Assembly: GCF_004010195.1 (NCBI RefSeq)
Contig: NC_057760.1
Location: 3,390,331 to 3,442,222 of the forward strand
Origin: Chiloscyllium plagiosum
Taxonomy: Eukaryota
Length of the DNA: 51,892 nucleotides
Reading direction: 5' to 3'
A program made the position numbers and the translations under genes. Below are positions 24,425-36,105 of the stretch, one piece after another. The notes under the pieces were generated by a model, which did not search any database, was not told the DNA's origin, and saw nothing but the letters and a program-made list of their open reading frames with translations. The first letter of the stretch is position 1; each line of letters opens with the position of its first letter.

Positions 24425-24735
24425 CTATTCCCCTCTGCCCATGCCCCTCCCAATCCTTACTCCCTCCCTCTGCCCATGCCCCTCCCAATCCTCTCCCTTC
24501 CTCTGCCCATGCCCCTCCCAATCCTCTCCCNNNNNNNNNNNNNNNNNNNNNNNNNNNNNNNNNNNNNNNNNNNNNNNNNNNNNNNNNNNNNNNNNNNNNN
24601 NNNNNNNNNNNNNNNNNNNNNNNNNNNNNNNNNNNNNNNNNNNNNNNNNNNNNNNCCTCCCAATCCTCTCTCCCTCCCTCTGCCCATGTCCCTCCCAACC
24701 CTCTCTCTCCCCCTCTCCCCACCCTTCCTCTCTGC
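24425..24735. repeat. ~33-bp pyrimidine-rich minisatellite spanning an N gap (24531-24655)
   Basis: cctctgcccatgcccctcccaatcctctc units on both sides of the gap. Confidence 0.85.
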
Positions 24736-24796
24736 CTGTCCTTACTGCCTTCCCTCCCTGTTCTCTCAGGTGCAGTTAGTGGTATGGATTAAGTAC

Positions 24797-24904
24797 CAGG
24801 CGGTTCACGTATGTGAAATCCCTGCTGAGGACCTCTGTGGCTTTGTCTTGGTTTGCCCTCAGTCGATCTGTAGCATTGCTCATGGAGCAATTTATTCCCA
24901 GGAC
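24797..24904 (-). CDS. ITGA10: ITGA10 exon
   Basis: ttttcacag|...|gtactt, 108 nt, phase 0/0. VLGINCSMSNATDRLRANQDKATEVLSRDFTYVNRL (human ends TNRL). Confidence 0.85.
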
Positions 24905-25561
24905 CTGTGAAAAGAAAGAGTTCCCGAGGGCAGTCAGACTGAGTTTCCCTGACCCACATCGACTCCTGTACAGCCTGACCTGGGAGAGGAGACCAGGAGC
25001 CAAAGGCATGAACCCTGAGAGTTGCACTAGCAGGAACCGGACACAGCTAAACATGCTGTGCTTAGGCAGGGCATGCACTTTGCTGTTTCTACAGTGATCG
25101 CTTCTGAATTGTAGTGGTTTACGTGAAGGTGTGTCACTGCTAATCCTGAACTTCCTGTCACACAAGATCCACTTTTTGGCTTGAGCAGGGACAGAGTCTT
25201 TTACAGCACCAGTCAATTGAGGAGAAATGTAACATCATGGAAATGAGGTGGGTCTCAGTAACAATACTGGACACGATACTCTTCCAAAGAGCAGCAACAT
25301 CTTTGCCACCTTCACTTCCTGTCTATTGTTATTCTCAGAGTTTCCCCATTGGAACTGCAAACCCAATTACCCTCCTCTGAATGATGAGTCAACGTGTCTC
25401 CTATTTCACAGCTTGCATAGAAACGTTAAAAAAGGAGCAGCAGGAGGCCATTCAGCCATGGATCCTGCTGCCATCCAATCTGATTAATCAATTCATACAG
25501 TACAGAAAAGGCCCTTCGGCCCATCGAGTCTGCACCGACATAACTACCACTAAAGGTGCAT

Positions 25562-25749
25562 GACTTGGAGACGCTGGTGTTGGACTGGGGTGATCTGAGT
25601 TAGAAATCACACAACACCAGGTTACAATCCAACAGGTTTATTTGAAAGCAGGAGCTTCACAACCACCTGATGAAGGAGCAGCGCTCCGAAAGCTAGTGCT
25701 TCCAAATAAACCTGTTGGACTATAACCTGGTGTTGTGTGATTTTTAACT
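25562..25749. mobile_element. Penelope-derived palindromic (inverted pLTR) element
   Basis: The left half is an imperfect reverse complement of the right half. Imperfect flanking duplication actaaaggtgcat / actaaaggcacat. Confidence 0.75.
25664..25698 (+). ncRNA. Minimal type I hammerhead ribozyme motif
   Basis: cac CTGATGA a ggagc-agc-gctcc GAAA gc TA gtg: intact core, 5-bp stem II, palindromic stem III (AGCT), 3-bp stem I. Confidence 0.8.
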
Positions 25750-25937
25750 AAAGGCACATTAATCCCAATTTCCTGCAATCTCTGAATGTTATATCTCAAA
25801 TGCCCATCCACACTCATTTCTGATCATCCAACTCAGTAGCATGTTCCCGCTTTCTCCTCGTAACCTGAGCTCCCTTTAGCCCTGAGAACCATACCTAACT
25901 CCTTCTTGCAATACGGAATGATTCGCTGTGTACTTAC

Positions 25938-26051
25938 TGGCTCGGTAAAGGCGGTGGTCACTGCTGAAATGTGATAGTATGCGTTGATCATGGTCGGAAT
26001 GTAGATTTTAGCTTCCAAACCTTCAGCAGGAAAGCAGCCCAGGTTTTTGAT
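25938..26051 (-). CDS. ITGA10: ITGA10 exon
   Basis: ttttag|...|gtaagt, 114 nt, phase 0/0. IKNLGCFPAEGLEAKIYIPTMINAYYHISAVTTAFTEP (human VQNLGCY). Confidence 0.9.
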
Positions 26052-26103
26052 CTAAAAACACAAATTAGGTGCGATAAAGATCACAGATTTGTGAGATAAT
26101 GAT

Positions 26104-26237
26104 TTGGAGGAGCTGGTGTTGGACTGGGGTGGACAAAGTTGAAAATCACACAACAAAAGGATATAGTCCAACAGGTTTATTTGGAAGCACTAGCTTTCGG
26201 AGCGCTGCTCCTTCATCAGGTGGTTGTGGAGTATAAG
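26104..26237 (-). mobile_element. Penelope pLTR fragment (same family as 25562-25749)
   Basis: Near-exact reverse complement of 25658-25745. Confidence 0.8.
26188..26222 (-). ncRNA. Minimal type I hammerhead ribozyme motif, sense to the ITGA10 pre-mRNA
   Basis: Exact reverse complement of 25664-25698. Confidence 0.8.
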
Positions 26238-26688
26238 GAGAAATATGGTGAACATACTGTCACTGGACTGACTGACTGATTCCTCCGCACTAACATTCTC
26301 AACCCTCTTCCCTCTTCTCCAGCCACTGACCTTGACTAGAGTACACATTCCCCCATTTCCTCAGCCCCATGTTTCAGTGACAGCAGCCATTGCAAAAGGA
26401 AACCTGGAATATGAGAACAACGCTGTCAGTACATCAGCTGTTGGTAACAGTAACTGAACAATGGAACCGTCTCATGGGGCTGAATGGACTCCTCATTTCC
26501 ATCCTCACAGAGACTGTGGGCAGTACAACTCACACTAGGCTGAGTGACCCAGCCTGACTGATACCCTCTGCCCCTGTCCATGGGAGCTGGGCCATTCTCA
26601 GTGCATAACGCTGAGTGTCGCACAGGGGCTTGTATTTACTGACTGAGCCGATGGTTCAGGTTCTGTGTGGCTTTAACTGTCATAGTAT

Positions 26689-27129
26689 CCCTACAGTGTG
26701 GAAGGAGGCCATTCAATCCATCAAGTCCACACTGGCCCGTCAAAGAGCATCCCACCCAGACACTCCCCTACCCAATCCCTGTCACCCTGCATCTCCCATG
26801 GCTTAACCTACATAGCCTGCACATCCCTGGGCACTATGGGACAATTTCCCATGGCCAATCCACCCTAACCTGCACATCCCTGGGCACTATGGGACAATTC
26901 CCCATGGCCAATCCACCTTAACCTGCACATCCCTGGGTACTATGGGACAATTCCCCATGGCCAACCCACCCCTAACCTGCACATCTTTGGGCTATGGGAG
27001 GAAACTGGAACACCCAGACACGGGGAGTATGTGCAAACTCCACACGGACATTGACCCAAGGCTGGAATTGAACCCAGGTCCCTGGTGATATGAGGCTGCA
27101 GTGCTAACCACTGAGCCACCGTGCTGCCC
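26689..27129 (-). mobile_element. HE1-type SINE with an internal 53-bp triplication
   Basis: On minus: gggcagcacggtggctcagtggttagcactg, B-box gggttcaattcc, core gtgtggagtttgcac, and a CR1-like tail. Confidence 0.9.
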
Positions 27130-27390
27130 TGTAAACACGACATTCTCACCCTTCGAGTGATCCCTGTCAGAGAGAGATGTCGGATGGGTCCAGGCGTGTG
27201 ATTCCCAGATAACGGAGTGGACAGCCCTGGGGGTCTAGGAGGGTATGGACCCTTCTCATTCTCCCTACTATAGCCAGCATTAGCACCATAATCACTAACC
27301 ACAGCAGCAACCAGAAACACAGCAAAGGTTAGTTTAAATGTCGCCGGTGACACGGTCTGAGGGTTTAGCATCTTGTCTGGCCATCTCTAC

Positions 27391-27478
27391 CTTGAAGGTG
27401 TGGTTAAAGTCTGGACGGATTTCTTCAGGTACTGACTCTGCTGCCTGCTGCATCTCATAACGTTGGAGAGTGGATTCA
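27391..27478 (-). CDS. ITGA10: ITGA10 exon
   Basis: cagcag|...|gtagag, 88 nt, phase 2/0. (S)ESTLQRYEMQQAAESVPEEIRPDFNHTFK (human SESTLHRYE...PEFKTTLR). Confidence 0.92.
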
Positions 27479-28204
27479 CTGCTGGGAGAAAGCAGCTGGT
27501 TATAACAACAACACAGCTCACAGACACCTTCTGTTATTATATTCTAAGGCACCATCTTAGACAGCCTGCCCTTGACAGCCCGATTGGAATGACAGTGAAA
27601 CAGGCTGCACAGCCCAAACGGCTCGCTGCTAGTATTTACTCTCCACACAGACAGGCACCATCTACATTCTCTGTTGTTCCCCTCTCCCTGAATTCCTTTA
27701 GCTCTTGCCTTTGTCACTAATGTGCTGATACAAACCACAGGTTGAACCTCCTGTGCTCTGTTCGAAAGTTGCACATTTAACCCTGTATTTTACATTCGGT
27801 ATTATTGATTGAAACGCCTTCATTATTTACAAACAACCTTTACCTACTCAGTTCCTTCTCTTTATGGTGTTAAACATACATAAGAACATAAGAAACACAC
27901 GCAGGGGTAGGCCATTCGGCCCTTCGAGCCTGCTCTGCTGTTCAATAAGATCATGGCTGATCTTTTCATGGCCTCAGCTCCACTTACCCCCCCCCCACTC
28001 ACCATAACCCTTAATTCCTTTATTGTTCAAAATAAAATCTATCTTAGCTTTATAAAACATTTACCAAAGTGGCGTAAATTACTTCCCTGGGCAAGGAATT
28101 CCATAGATTTACAACCCTCTGGGTGAAGCAGTTCCTTCTCAGTTCAGACCTAAATCCATTCCCTCTAACCTCAAGGCGATGCCCTCATGCCCTAGTTTCA
28201 CCTT

Positions 28205-28725
28205 TTTTTTATTCGTTTGTGGGACTGGCTGGGCCAGCACTGATAGCCCATCCCTGTTTGCCCTTGAGAAGGTGGGGGTTCTTGAATCGCTGCAGTCCAC
28301 TTGCTGTGGGGTCACCCACAGTGCCAGTAGAGAGGGAATTCCAGGATTTTGACCCAATGACTGTGAAGGAACAACAGTGTATTTCCAAGTCAGGGTGGTG
28401 AGTGGCTTGGAGGGGAATTTGCTGCTGTTCTTGTCCTTCTAGATGGAGGTGGTGGTGGGTTTGGAAGGTGCTGTCTAAGGATCTTTGATGAATTTCTGCA
28501 GTGCATCTTGTAGATAGTACACACTGCTGTTACTGAGTGTCAGTGGGGAAGGGAGTGGATGCTTGCGGATGTGGTGCCAGTCAAGCGGCTGTTTAGTCCT
28601 GGATGGTGTCGAGTTTCTTGAGTGTTGTTGGAGCTGCCCCCATCTAGGGCAACTGGGGAGTATTCCATCACCCTCCTGACCTGTGCCTTGGAGATGGCGG
28701 ATAGACTTTAGAGTGTCAGGAGGTG
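28205..28725 (-). mobile_element. 3' end of a second CR1-clade LINE nested in the above
   Basis: Same family as 4795-5504 and 46035-46365. Confidence 0.75.
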
Positions 28726-29158
28726 GTCTTGCCAGTGGAAGTATCCTCTCTGCTTCTATCTTATCTGTTCCCTTCATTAGTTTATATGTTTCTATAAGAT
28801 CCTCTCTCATTCTTCTAAATTCCGATGAACATAATCCCAGTCTACACAGTCTCTCCTCATAAGCCAAACCTCTCAACTCCAGAATCTACCCAGTGAACCT
28901 CCTCTGCAGCCCCTCCAGTGCCAGAACATCCTTTCTTAAGTATGGAGACCAAAACTCCAGGTGTGGCCTCACCAGCACCCCATACAGCTGCAACATAACC
29001 TTCCTGCTTTTAAACTCAATCCCTTTAGCAATGAAGGTCAAAATTCCATTTGCTTCCTAATTACTTGTTGTACTTGCAGACCAACCCTCTGTGATTCATG
29101 CACAAGGACACCCAGGTCCCTCTGCATAGCAGCATGCTGCAACTTTTTATCATTCAAG

Positions 29159-30619
29159 TCAGTATTCACACTGGAAAATGACATTGTTGTTGAGGAGAAC
29201 ACTGAGATACAGGCAACTAGATGAGATGGGATTAAGGTTCACAAGGAGGTGGTGTTAGCAATTGTGGAAAGTGTGAAAATTGATAAATTCCCTGGGCCAG
29301 ATGGGATTTATCCTAGGATTCTCTGGGAAGCCAGGCAGGAGATTGCAGAGCCTTTGACCTTTATGGTGTCAATGTTGACAGGAATAGTGCCAGAAGACTG
29401 GAGGATAGCAAATGTTGTTCCCCTGTTCAAGAAGGGAAGTACAGACAACTCTGGTAATTTATAGATCAGTGAGCCTTACTTCAGTTGTGGGTAAAGTGTT
29501 GGAAAATGTTATAAGAGATAGGATTTATAATCATCTGGAAAGGAATAAGTTGATTAGGGATGGTCAACATGATTTTGTGAAGGGTAGGTTGTGCCTCAGA
29601 AACCTTACTGAGTTCTTTAAGAAAGTGACCATGGGGTGGATGAGGGTAAAGTGGTTGATGTAGTGTATATGGACTTCATTAAAGCATTTGATAATGTTTC
29701 CCACGGTAGGCTATTGCACAAAATACAGAGACATGGGATTGAGGGTGATTTAGTGGTTTGGATCAGAAATTGGCTAGCTGAAAGAAGACAGAGCGTGGTG
29801 GTTGATGGGAAATAGTCATCTTGGAGTTCAGTTACTTGTAGTGTACCGCAAGGATCTGTTTTAGGGTTACTGCTGTTTGTCATTTTTATAAATGGCCTAG
29901 ATGAGGGCGTAGAAGGATAGTTTTATAAATGGCCTAGATGAGGGCGTAGAAGGATAGGTTATTAAATTTGTGGATTATACTAAGGTCGGTGGAGTTGTGG
30001 AAAAGTCCTGAAGGATGTTACAGGTTACAGAGGGACATAGATAAGCTGCAGAGCTGGGCTGACAGGTGGCAAATGAGTTTAACTGGAAAGGTGTGAGGTG
30101 ATTCACTTTGGAAGGAGTAACAGTAAGGCAGATTACTGGGCTAATGGAAGATTCTTGGTAGTGTAGATGAGCAGAGAGATCTCAGTGCCCATGTACATAG
30201 ATCACTGAAAGTTGCCACTCAGGTTGACAGGGTTGTTAAGAAGGCATATGGTGTGTTTGCTTTTATTAGTAGAGGGATTTAGTTTTGGAGCCATGAGGTC
30301 ATGGACAGGGAGAGCCTTTTTCCTCAGATGGTGAAGGCTAGCATGAGGGGACATAGCTTTAAATTGAGGGTAATAGATATAGGACTGATGTCAGAGGTAG
30401 TTTCTTTACTCAGAGAGTAGTAGGGGCGTGGAACACCCTGCCTGCAACAGGAGTAGAGTCGCTAAGTTTAAGGGCACTTAAATGGTCAAATGATAAACAT
30501 ATGGATGAGAATGGAATAGTGTAGGACAGATAGGCTTCAGATTGGTTCCACAGTTCAGTGCAACACCGGGGGCTGAAGGGCCTGTACTGCACTGTAATGT
30601 TCTATGTTTTATAAGTTCT
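29159..30619 (+). mobile_element. CR1 LINE (plus) nested in the minus CR1
   Basis: IDKFPGPDGIYPRILWEA..VPEDWRIANVVPLFKKG; host sequence rejoins as cattcaagt|aataatcc. Contains a ~38-bp tandem duplication at ~29884-29958. Confidence 0.9.
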
Positions 30620-31596
30620 AATAATCCTTTTTACTGTTACTCCTACCAAAATGGATGACCTCACATTTATTAACATTGTTTTCCATCTGCCAGACCTTTG
30701 CCCACTCACTTAAAATACTTACATTCCTCTGCAGAGTTTCACAGTCCTCTGCAAACCTCGCTCTGCCACTCATCTGAGTGTCATCCACAAACTTTGACAC
30801 ACTACGCGTGGTCCCCAACTCCAAATCATCTACGTAAATTGTGAACAATTGTGGTCCCAACACTGATCCCTGAGGCCCACCACTAGTTACTAATCGTCAA
30901 CCAGAATAGCACTCATTTATCCCCACTCTTAGCTTCCTGATGGTTAAACAATCCTTTACCCATGATAATACTTTACCCATAATGCCATGCATCTTTATCT
31001 TATGTAGCAGCCTCTTGTGTGGCACCTTGTTGGAGGCCTTTTAGAAAATCTAGGTACACCACATCTACTGGGTCCCCATTGTCCAAATTACTCGTTCAGC
31101 ATGACCTGCCCTTCATGAACCCATGCTGCGCCTGCCATCTATCGAGGTGCCTTGCTATTTCTTCTTTGATAACAGACTCAAGCATCTTGCCCACTACAGA
31201 CGTTAAACTCACCGGTCTATAATTCCCCATCTTTTGTCTACCTCCCTTTTTAAACAGTAGCGTCACAGTTGCTGTTTTGCAGTTCAATCAAATCACCCTG
31301 ATTGCCAAATAAAAGAAATCTTTGTTTATATTTGTATTTCCTCTGGTGAACCTGTGCAGATTAGAATACAGAAGACATCTTCCATTATACTGACTCCTTC
31401 CATTCCTGGCATCAGCAGAGCTCCCAGTACTACCCCCTGCTGGTTGTGTTTTCCTGCACAGTTACTATTCTGGTCTCTCTTTGAGTGAGTGTCTGGGGGG
31501 CTATGTGAGCTGAAATCCCCTTAGGCTCTTTATGCTGGGAATCTGAACAAACTGCAGAGAGTTCAAACACATCCATTACTTCCAACCACAGAGCCT

Positions 31597-32505
31597 TAGA
31601 GTCATAGAGATGTACAGCATGGAAACAGACCCTTCGGTCCAACCCGTCCATGCCGACCAGATATCCCAGCCCAATCTAGTCCCACCTGCCAGCACCCGGC
31701 CCAGATCTCTCCAAACCCTTCCTATTCATATACCCATCCAAATGCCTCTTAAATGTTGCAATTGTACCAGCCTCCACCACTTCCTCTGGNNNNNNNNNNN
31801 NNNNNNNNNNNNNNNNNNNNNNNNNNNNNNNNNNNNNNNNNNNNNNNNNNNNNNNNNNNNNNNNNNNNNNNNNNNNNNNNNNNNNNNNNNNNNNNNNNNN
31901 NNNNNNNNNNNNNNNNNNNNNNNNNNNNNNNNNNNNNNNNNNNNNNNNNNNNNNNNNNNNNNNNNNNNNNNNNNNNNNNNNNNNNNNNNNNNNNNNNNNN
32001 NNNNNNNNNNNNNNNNNNNNNNNNNNNNNNNNNNNNNNNNNNNNNNNNNNNNNNNNNNNNNNNNNNNNNNNNNNNNNNNNNNNNNNNNNNNNNNNNNNNN
32101 NNNNNNNNNNNNNNNNNNNNNNNNNNNNNNNNNNNNNNNNNNNNNNNNNNNNNNNNNNNNNNNNNNNNNNNNNNNNNNNNNNNNNNNNNNNNNNNNNNNN
32201 NNNNNNNNNNNNNNNNNNNNNNNNNNNNNNNNNNNNNNNNNNNNNNNNNNNNNNNNNNNNNNNNNNNNNNNNNNNNNNNNNNNNNNNNNNNNNNNNNNNN
32301 NNNNNNNNNNNNNNNNNNNNNNNNNNNNNNNNNNNNNNNNNNNNNNNNNNATGTAAATGACAAAAAGTAGAGGGCCCAGCACCGATCCTTGTGGCACTCC
32401 ACTGGTCACAGGCCTCCAGTCTGAAAAACAACCCTCCACCACCACCCTCTGTCTTCTACCTTTGAGCCAGTTCTGTATCCAAATGGCTAGTTCTCCCTGT
32501 GTTCC
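31597..32505 (-). mobile_element. Young HER1-like CR1 with an N gap (31790-32350)
   Basis: [45 protein letters not shown]; (tctatgac) tail. Confidence 0.9.
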
Positions 32506-32534
32506 AGGTTAAAGAGCACGGTGAAAAGGGGTTC

Positions 32535-32714
32535 CTGCAGATGCTGAAGAATTGAACTAAGAACAGAAAGAGCTGGAAAAGATTCACCGAACTGTTCTGA
32601 CGGTGACCCTTAGGGACGATTGTGCTGGAAGGTCATGGATGTTGAGAATCTATATTTCTCTCCACAGAGGCTGCCTCACCTGCTGTGGGTTTCCAGTATT
32701 CTCTCAGATTACAG
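32535..32714. mobile_element. Degenerate palindromic Penelope-end element
   Basis: ctgcagatgctg..agctggaaaa on the left and tctccacagaggctgcc..cctgctg..tttccag on the right resemble the 41906-42116 family. Confidence 0.45.
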
Positions 32715-33134
32715 AGGACTGACCCCCATCCAGTGTCATCAAAATACTGCGGCAGTGAGATTCCTAGAAACATGGAAAACCCTCAGCAGCTTCGGCTGTC
32801 AGGGGAATGGGTTTCAGCTATTGGAAGCTTTCTTCAGGAGTTACTGCACTTACAAAGGGACCGACTGACGAGGAAGGACATGTTCAAACATGGGGGAAGG
32901 AACTGAACAGCCTAGAAAGTGAGTCACCAAAGCTGGACTCATTAAATCCATACACACTAGAAGGACGCATGAGATCAGCAAACATCTGAGACAGAAGAGG
33001 CACCTCCAAGTTTCTGGTATTGAGGTCCTACCTGCTATCAACTTATTGGCTTCTTTCGTTATAGATTGTCAGGAAGGGTTTAACTCACGATGGTAACAGG
33101 ATGAGGAAATGGCAATCTGAGTGCCAGCTCCTAC

Positions 33135-33224
33135 CTGGTGAGGAGGAGATCTGCTTCATACTGGACAGCTGCCCACAGGTACACAGTGTTATCATCAAGC
33201 GTCTCATTCAGCTCTGTACTGTCA
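33135..33224 (-). CDS. ITGA10: ITGA10 exon
   Basis: tttgcag|...|gtagga, 90 nt, phase 2/2. (S)DSTELNETLDDNTVYLWAAVQYEADLLLT(S). Confidence 0.93.
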
Positions 33225-33392
33225 CTGCAAAGTGGAAACATTTTCGTTAACACTGGAGTGAGTCCCTCAAGCCCCAGAAATACAGAGCCAGACCCGGGGG
33301 TCAAACCTAATGTATTTACTCTCCTCAGACCTACAACGCCCCTCAAAGCCAGCGCTTTGGAGTGACTGAGGGACTTAAAAACACAGAAGGCA

Positions 33393-33860
33393 ATGAGGAA
33401 GGTTTCAGTGAGGAAGGTTTCCATGAGGAAGGTTTCAATGAGGAAGGTTTCCATGAGGAAGGTTTCAGTGAGGAAGGGTTCAGTGAGGAAGGGTTCAGTG
33501 AGGAAGGGTTCAGTGAGGAAGGGTTCAGTGAGGAAGGTTTCAATGAGGAAGATTTCAGTGAGGAAGGGTTCAGTGAGGAAGGGTTCAGTGAGGAAGGGTT
33601 CAGTGAGGAAGGGTTCAGTGAGGAAGGGTTCAGTGAGGAAGGGTTCAGTGAGGAAGGGTTCAGTGAGGAAGGGTTCAGTGAGGAAGGGTTCAGTGAGGAA
33701 GGGTTCAGTGAGGAAGGGTTCAGTGAGGAAGGGTTCAGTGAGGAAGGGAGAGAGAGAGAGAGAGAATCCGACAGAGAGAGAGAGACAGACAAAGACAGAG
33801 AGAGAGAGAGAAAGAGAGAGAGAATCAGAGAGCGAGAATCCGAGAGAGAGAGAGAGAGAG
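33393..33860. repeat. 15-bp minisatellite (tgaggaagggttcag, ~23 copies) followed by (GA)n
   Basis: Directly visible. Confidence 0.95.
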
Positions 33861-34196
33861 CCTCCAGAACTCACACCAGGGCACTAAGAAGAGAATGAGA
33901 CAAAGAAATTAACAGCGTCAATAAGCCCTCCCTCAGCTACTGAGAAACCAGTATGCAATCCTTGGTCACAAGGGTGAGCCATGATTCAGTACGTTAGCTA
34001 CAACAAAAGCTATCATTTATATAGCAACCTTCCTACAGAAAAGACCTCAATAAGTGCTTCAGGGGAACATGAAATAGATGAAAGCGTTAACACTAAGCCA
34101 CCTTAGGAGACATTATAAAGAGCTGAAGCAGCTCAATGGGAGATAAAGGGACAAACACAGCGAGTTAGGAAAGCAGCTTAGAGGCTTGACAACATA

Positions 34197-34555
34197 AGGG
34201 TCCGCTACCCGGAGGGTCAGGGAGTGAGGGTCTAACTCTCGGAGGGTCAGGGAGTGAAGGTCTAACACTCGGAGGGTCAGGGAGTAAGGGTCTGACACTC
34301 GCAGGGTCAGGGAGTGAAGGTCTAACACTCGGAGGGTCAGGAAGTGAGGGTCTGACACTCGGAGGGTCAGGGAGTGAGGGTCTGACACTCGGAGGGTCAG
34401 GGAGTGAGGGTCTAACACTCGGAGGGTCAGGGAGTGAGGGTCTGACACTCGGAGGGTCAGGGAGTGAGGGTCTGACACTCGGAGGGTCAGGGAGTGAGGG
34501 AGAGTGTCAGGGAGTGAGGGAGAGTGTCAGGGAGTGAGGGAGAGTGTCAGGGAGA
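34197..34555. repeat. 30-bp minisatellite (~10 copies) grading into a 20-bp derivative
   Basis: ggagggtcagggagtgagggtctgacactc, then gtcagggagtgagggagagt. Confidence 0.95.
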
Positions 34556-34880
34556 GAGAGTCAGGAGAGAGCACACGGAGAGGCGAGAGAGTAGTGTTTG
34601 CTGGGAACAGAAGCACTAGCAGCTGGGATTTGGACCAGCTCGATGTCTTGTCTGTGTCGATGCTGCAGTGCTGATTTGAGATGTGAGAGCATGAGAACCA
34701 GGAATCGTCCTATCAGCCCCTTGTGTTTGTGGGATTGTGGCTGATCCAGCCGGGCCTTAAAGACTGTTCGTCCTGAGACCAGTTAAACCTGCCTGTCTAC
34801 AGCTTGTAACATGCAGAAGGAAGTCTGAAGCTATGACAGACATAATGGAAGAAAGCAATGAAGGTTTCACATCATCTGAC

Positions 34881-34957
34881 CTGCTAACACTGATGTAGAG
34901 CTCCACTTCATCCAATAGATGTGAACAATGAAACTCAAACTCCATACGAAAGGAGAC
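34881..34957 (-). CDS. ITGA10: ITGA10 exon
   Basis: acgcag|...|gtcaga, 77 nt, phase 0/2. VSFRMEFEFHCSHLLDEVELYISVS(S) (human VTFLLEFEFSCSSLL). Confidence 0.92.
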
Positions 34958-35655
34958 CTGCGTGTAAAGGAAAAAGCTGCATTTAACAGGTGTGTAATGA
35001 AGCTCCATTCTCTTGAGAACCCAATGAAGCACACATTTCCCATCTCATTGCAGTTTCCAACATGCCCTTATTAATCCTGTTCTCTACTTTCTCTCCTGAC
35101 TGAGCAGGCTCTGTTCCTCCAATGGAATTCGAGTCCCTGATTTCAGTAAACCTCCTTCCTACATGAGGTTCATGGAGATTACACATTGGCTAGTCAACTG
35201 TGAGGGCAGCACTTTATCAAATCTATCCTCAGCCAATTTCACATGAATGCACCTTCCTTCAGGAGTCACTTGGTATTGATCTGGAGTGGGATATTCACCA
35301 ATTTCCTTCTCTGGATTCAAGGCACAGGTGATCGACTTTGTACCATGCTCAGCTCCAACTGGGGGAGCTCAGACCAGCAGCAGTAGAAAATAGTGGATTT
35401 AAGGCACAATTACCTACTGCCTGCAGTGATGTAGAAAATCCACGTGAACCCCATCGTCAATGCCTTGCCAAGATCCACTAGTGACTGAGAGGAGGAGAGA
35501 GTCCAGCTCTGAGTTCCTGCTCTGTCACTGTCTCAGAAGCTGTAGGGGAGATCTGAAGGAGTGTCGAGCACCCGATGCCTATTGCAAGGCCCGAAGTTCC
35601 TCCATCACCCGCCCTCCTGACAGATGAAGCCTGCAATGTCTCCTGAAGGAAATAC

Positions 35656-35748
35656 CTGCATCAGAGATCTGAAGACCGGGAAACTGACGTTGCAGATCCT
35701 GTGGTGTGCCGATAACACCAGACATTCAATCTTATTCTGTGCATCATC
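35656..35748 (-). CDS. ITGA10: ITGA10 exon
   Basis: tttccag|...|gtattt, 93 nt. DDAQNKIECLVLSAHHRICNVSFPVFRSLMQ (human IKVECAAPSAHARLCSVGHPVF). Confidence 0.92.
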
Positions 35749-35877
35749 CTGGAAAAAAAATAAGCAACACAAGATTAATTTACCACAGGAAACAGGGCCT
35801 CTCCTGCTACCCGACCAGCCTTCCCATAGTACAACCCTCACCCCAGTCACCTATCTGTACCACCACCCTACCCTACC

Positions 35878-36105
35878 CCCTCTGACTGTCCTCTGCCTGG
35901 CGTTCCCCACATTTGACTCCCTTTCCCGTTCCCTAACCCCTGAACCTGATACTCCCCTTGTTTCCCTGTCTGACCTCCCCAATCTAACCCTCCCATCTGA
36001 CTGTCCCCTGCCTGACCCTTCCCCCACTTGACTCCCTTTCCCGTTCGAATCCCTGAACCTGATAGTCCACCCGACCCCGTCTGACCTCCCACTGACTGTC
36101 CCCCA
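35878..36105. repeat. Degenerate ~115-bp tandem duplication
   Basis: tctgactgtcc..ttgactccctttcccgttc..ccctgaacctgata occurs twice. Confidence 0.6.

Larger units (their letters stand above)
27875..31287 (-). mobile_element. CR1 LINE (minus) interrupted by two other LINE insertions
   Basis: (ataagaac) tail at ~27875; RGLAYEERL; LGPQLFTIYVDDL...FVDDTQM; NYRPVSLTSVVGKMLES. Confidence 0.85.

Noticed and set aside
24091..32445. Long ORFs spanning the N gaps
   Set aside because: Artefacts of translating N runs and flanking repeats.
33131..34478. Repetitive ORFs (FLTEP)n, (EEGFS)n and (DPHSLTLRVS)n
   Set aside because: Stop-free 15- and 30-bp intronic minisatellites. The real exon has its own acceptor at 33225-33226 and needs no extension.
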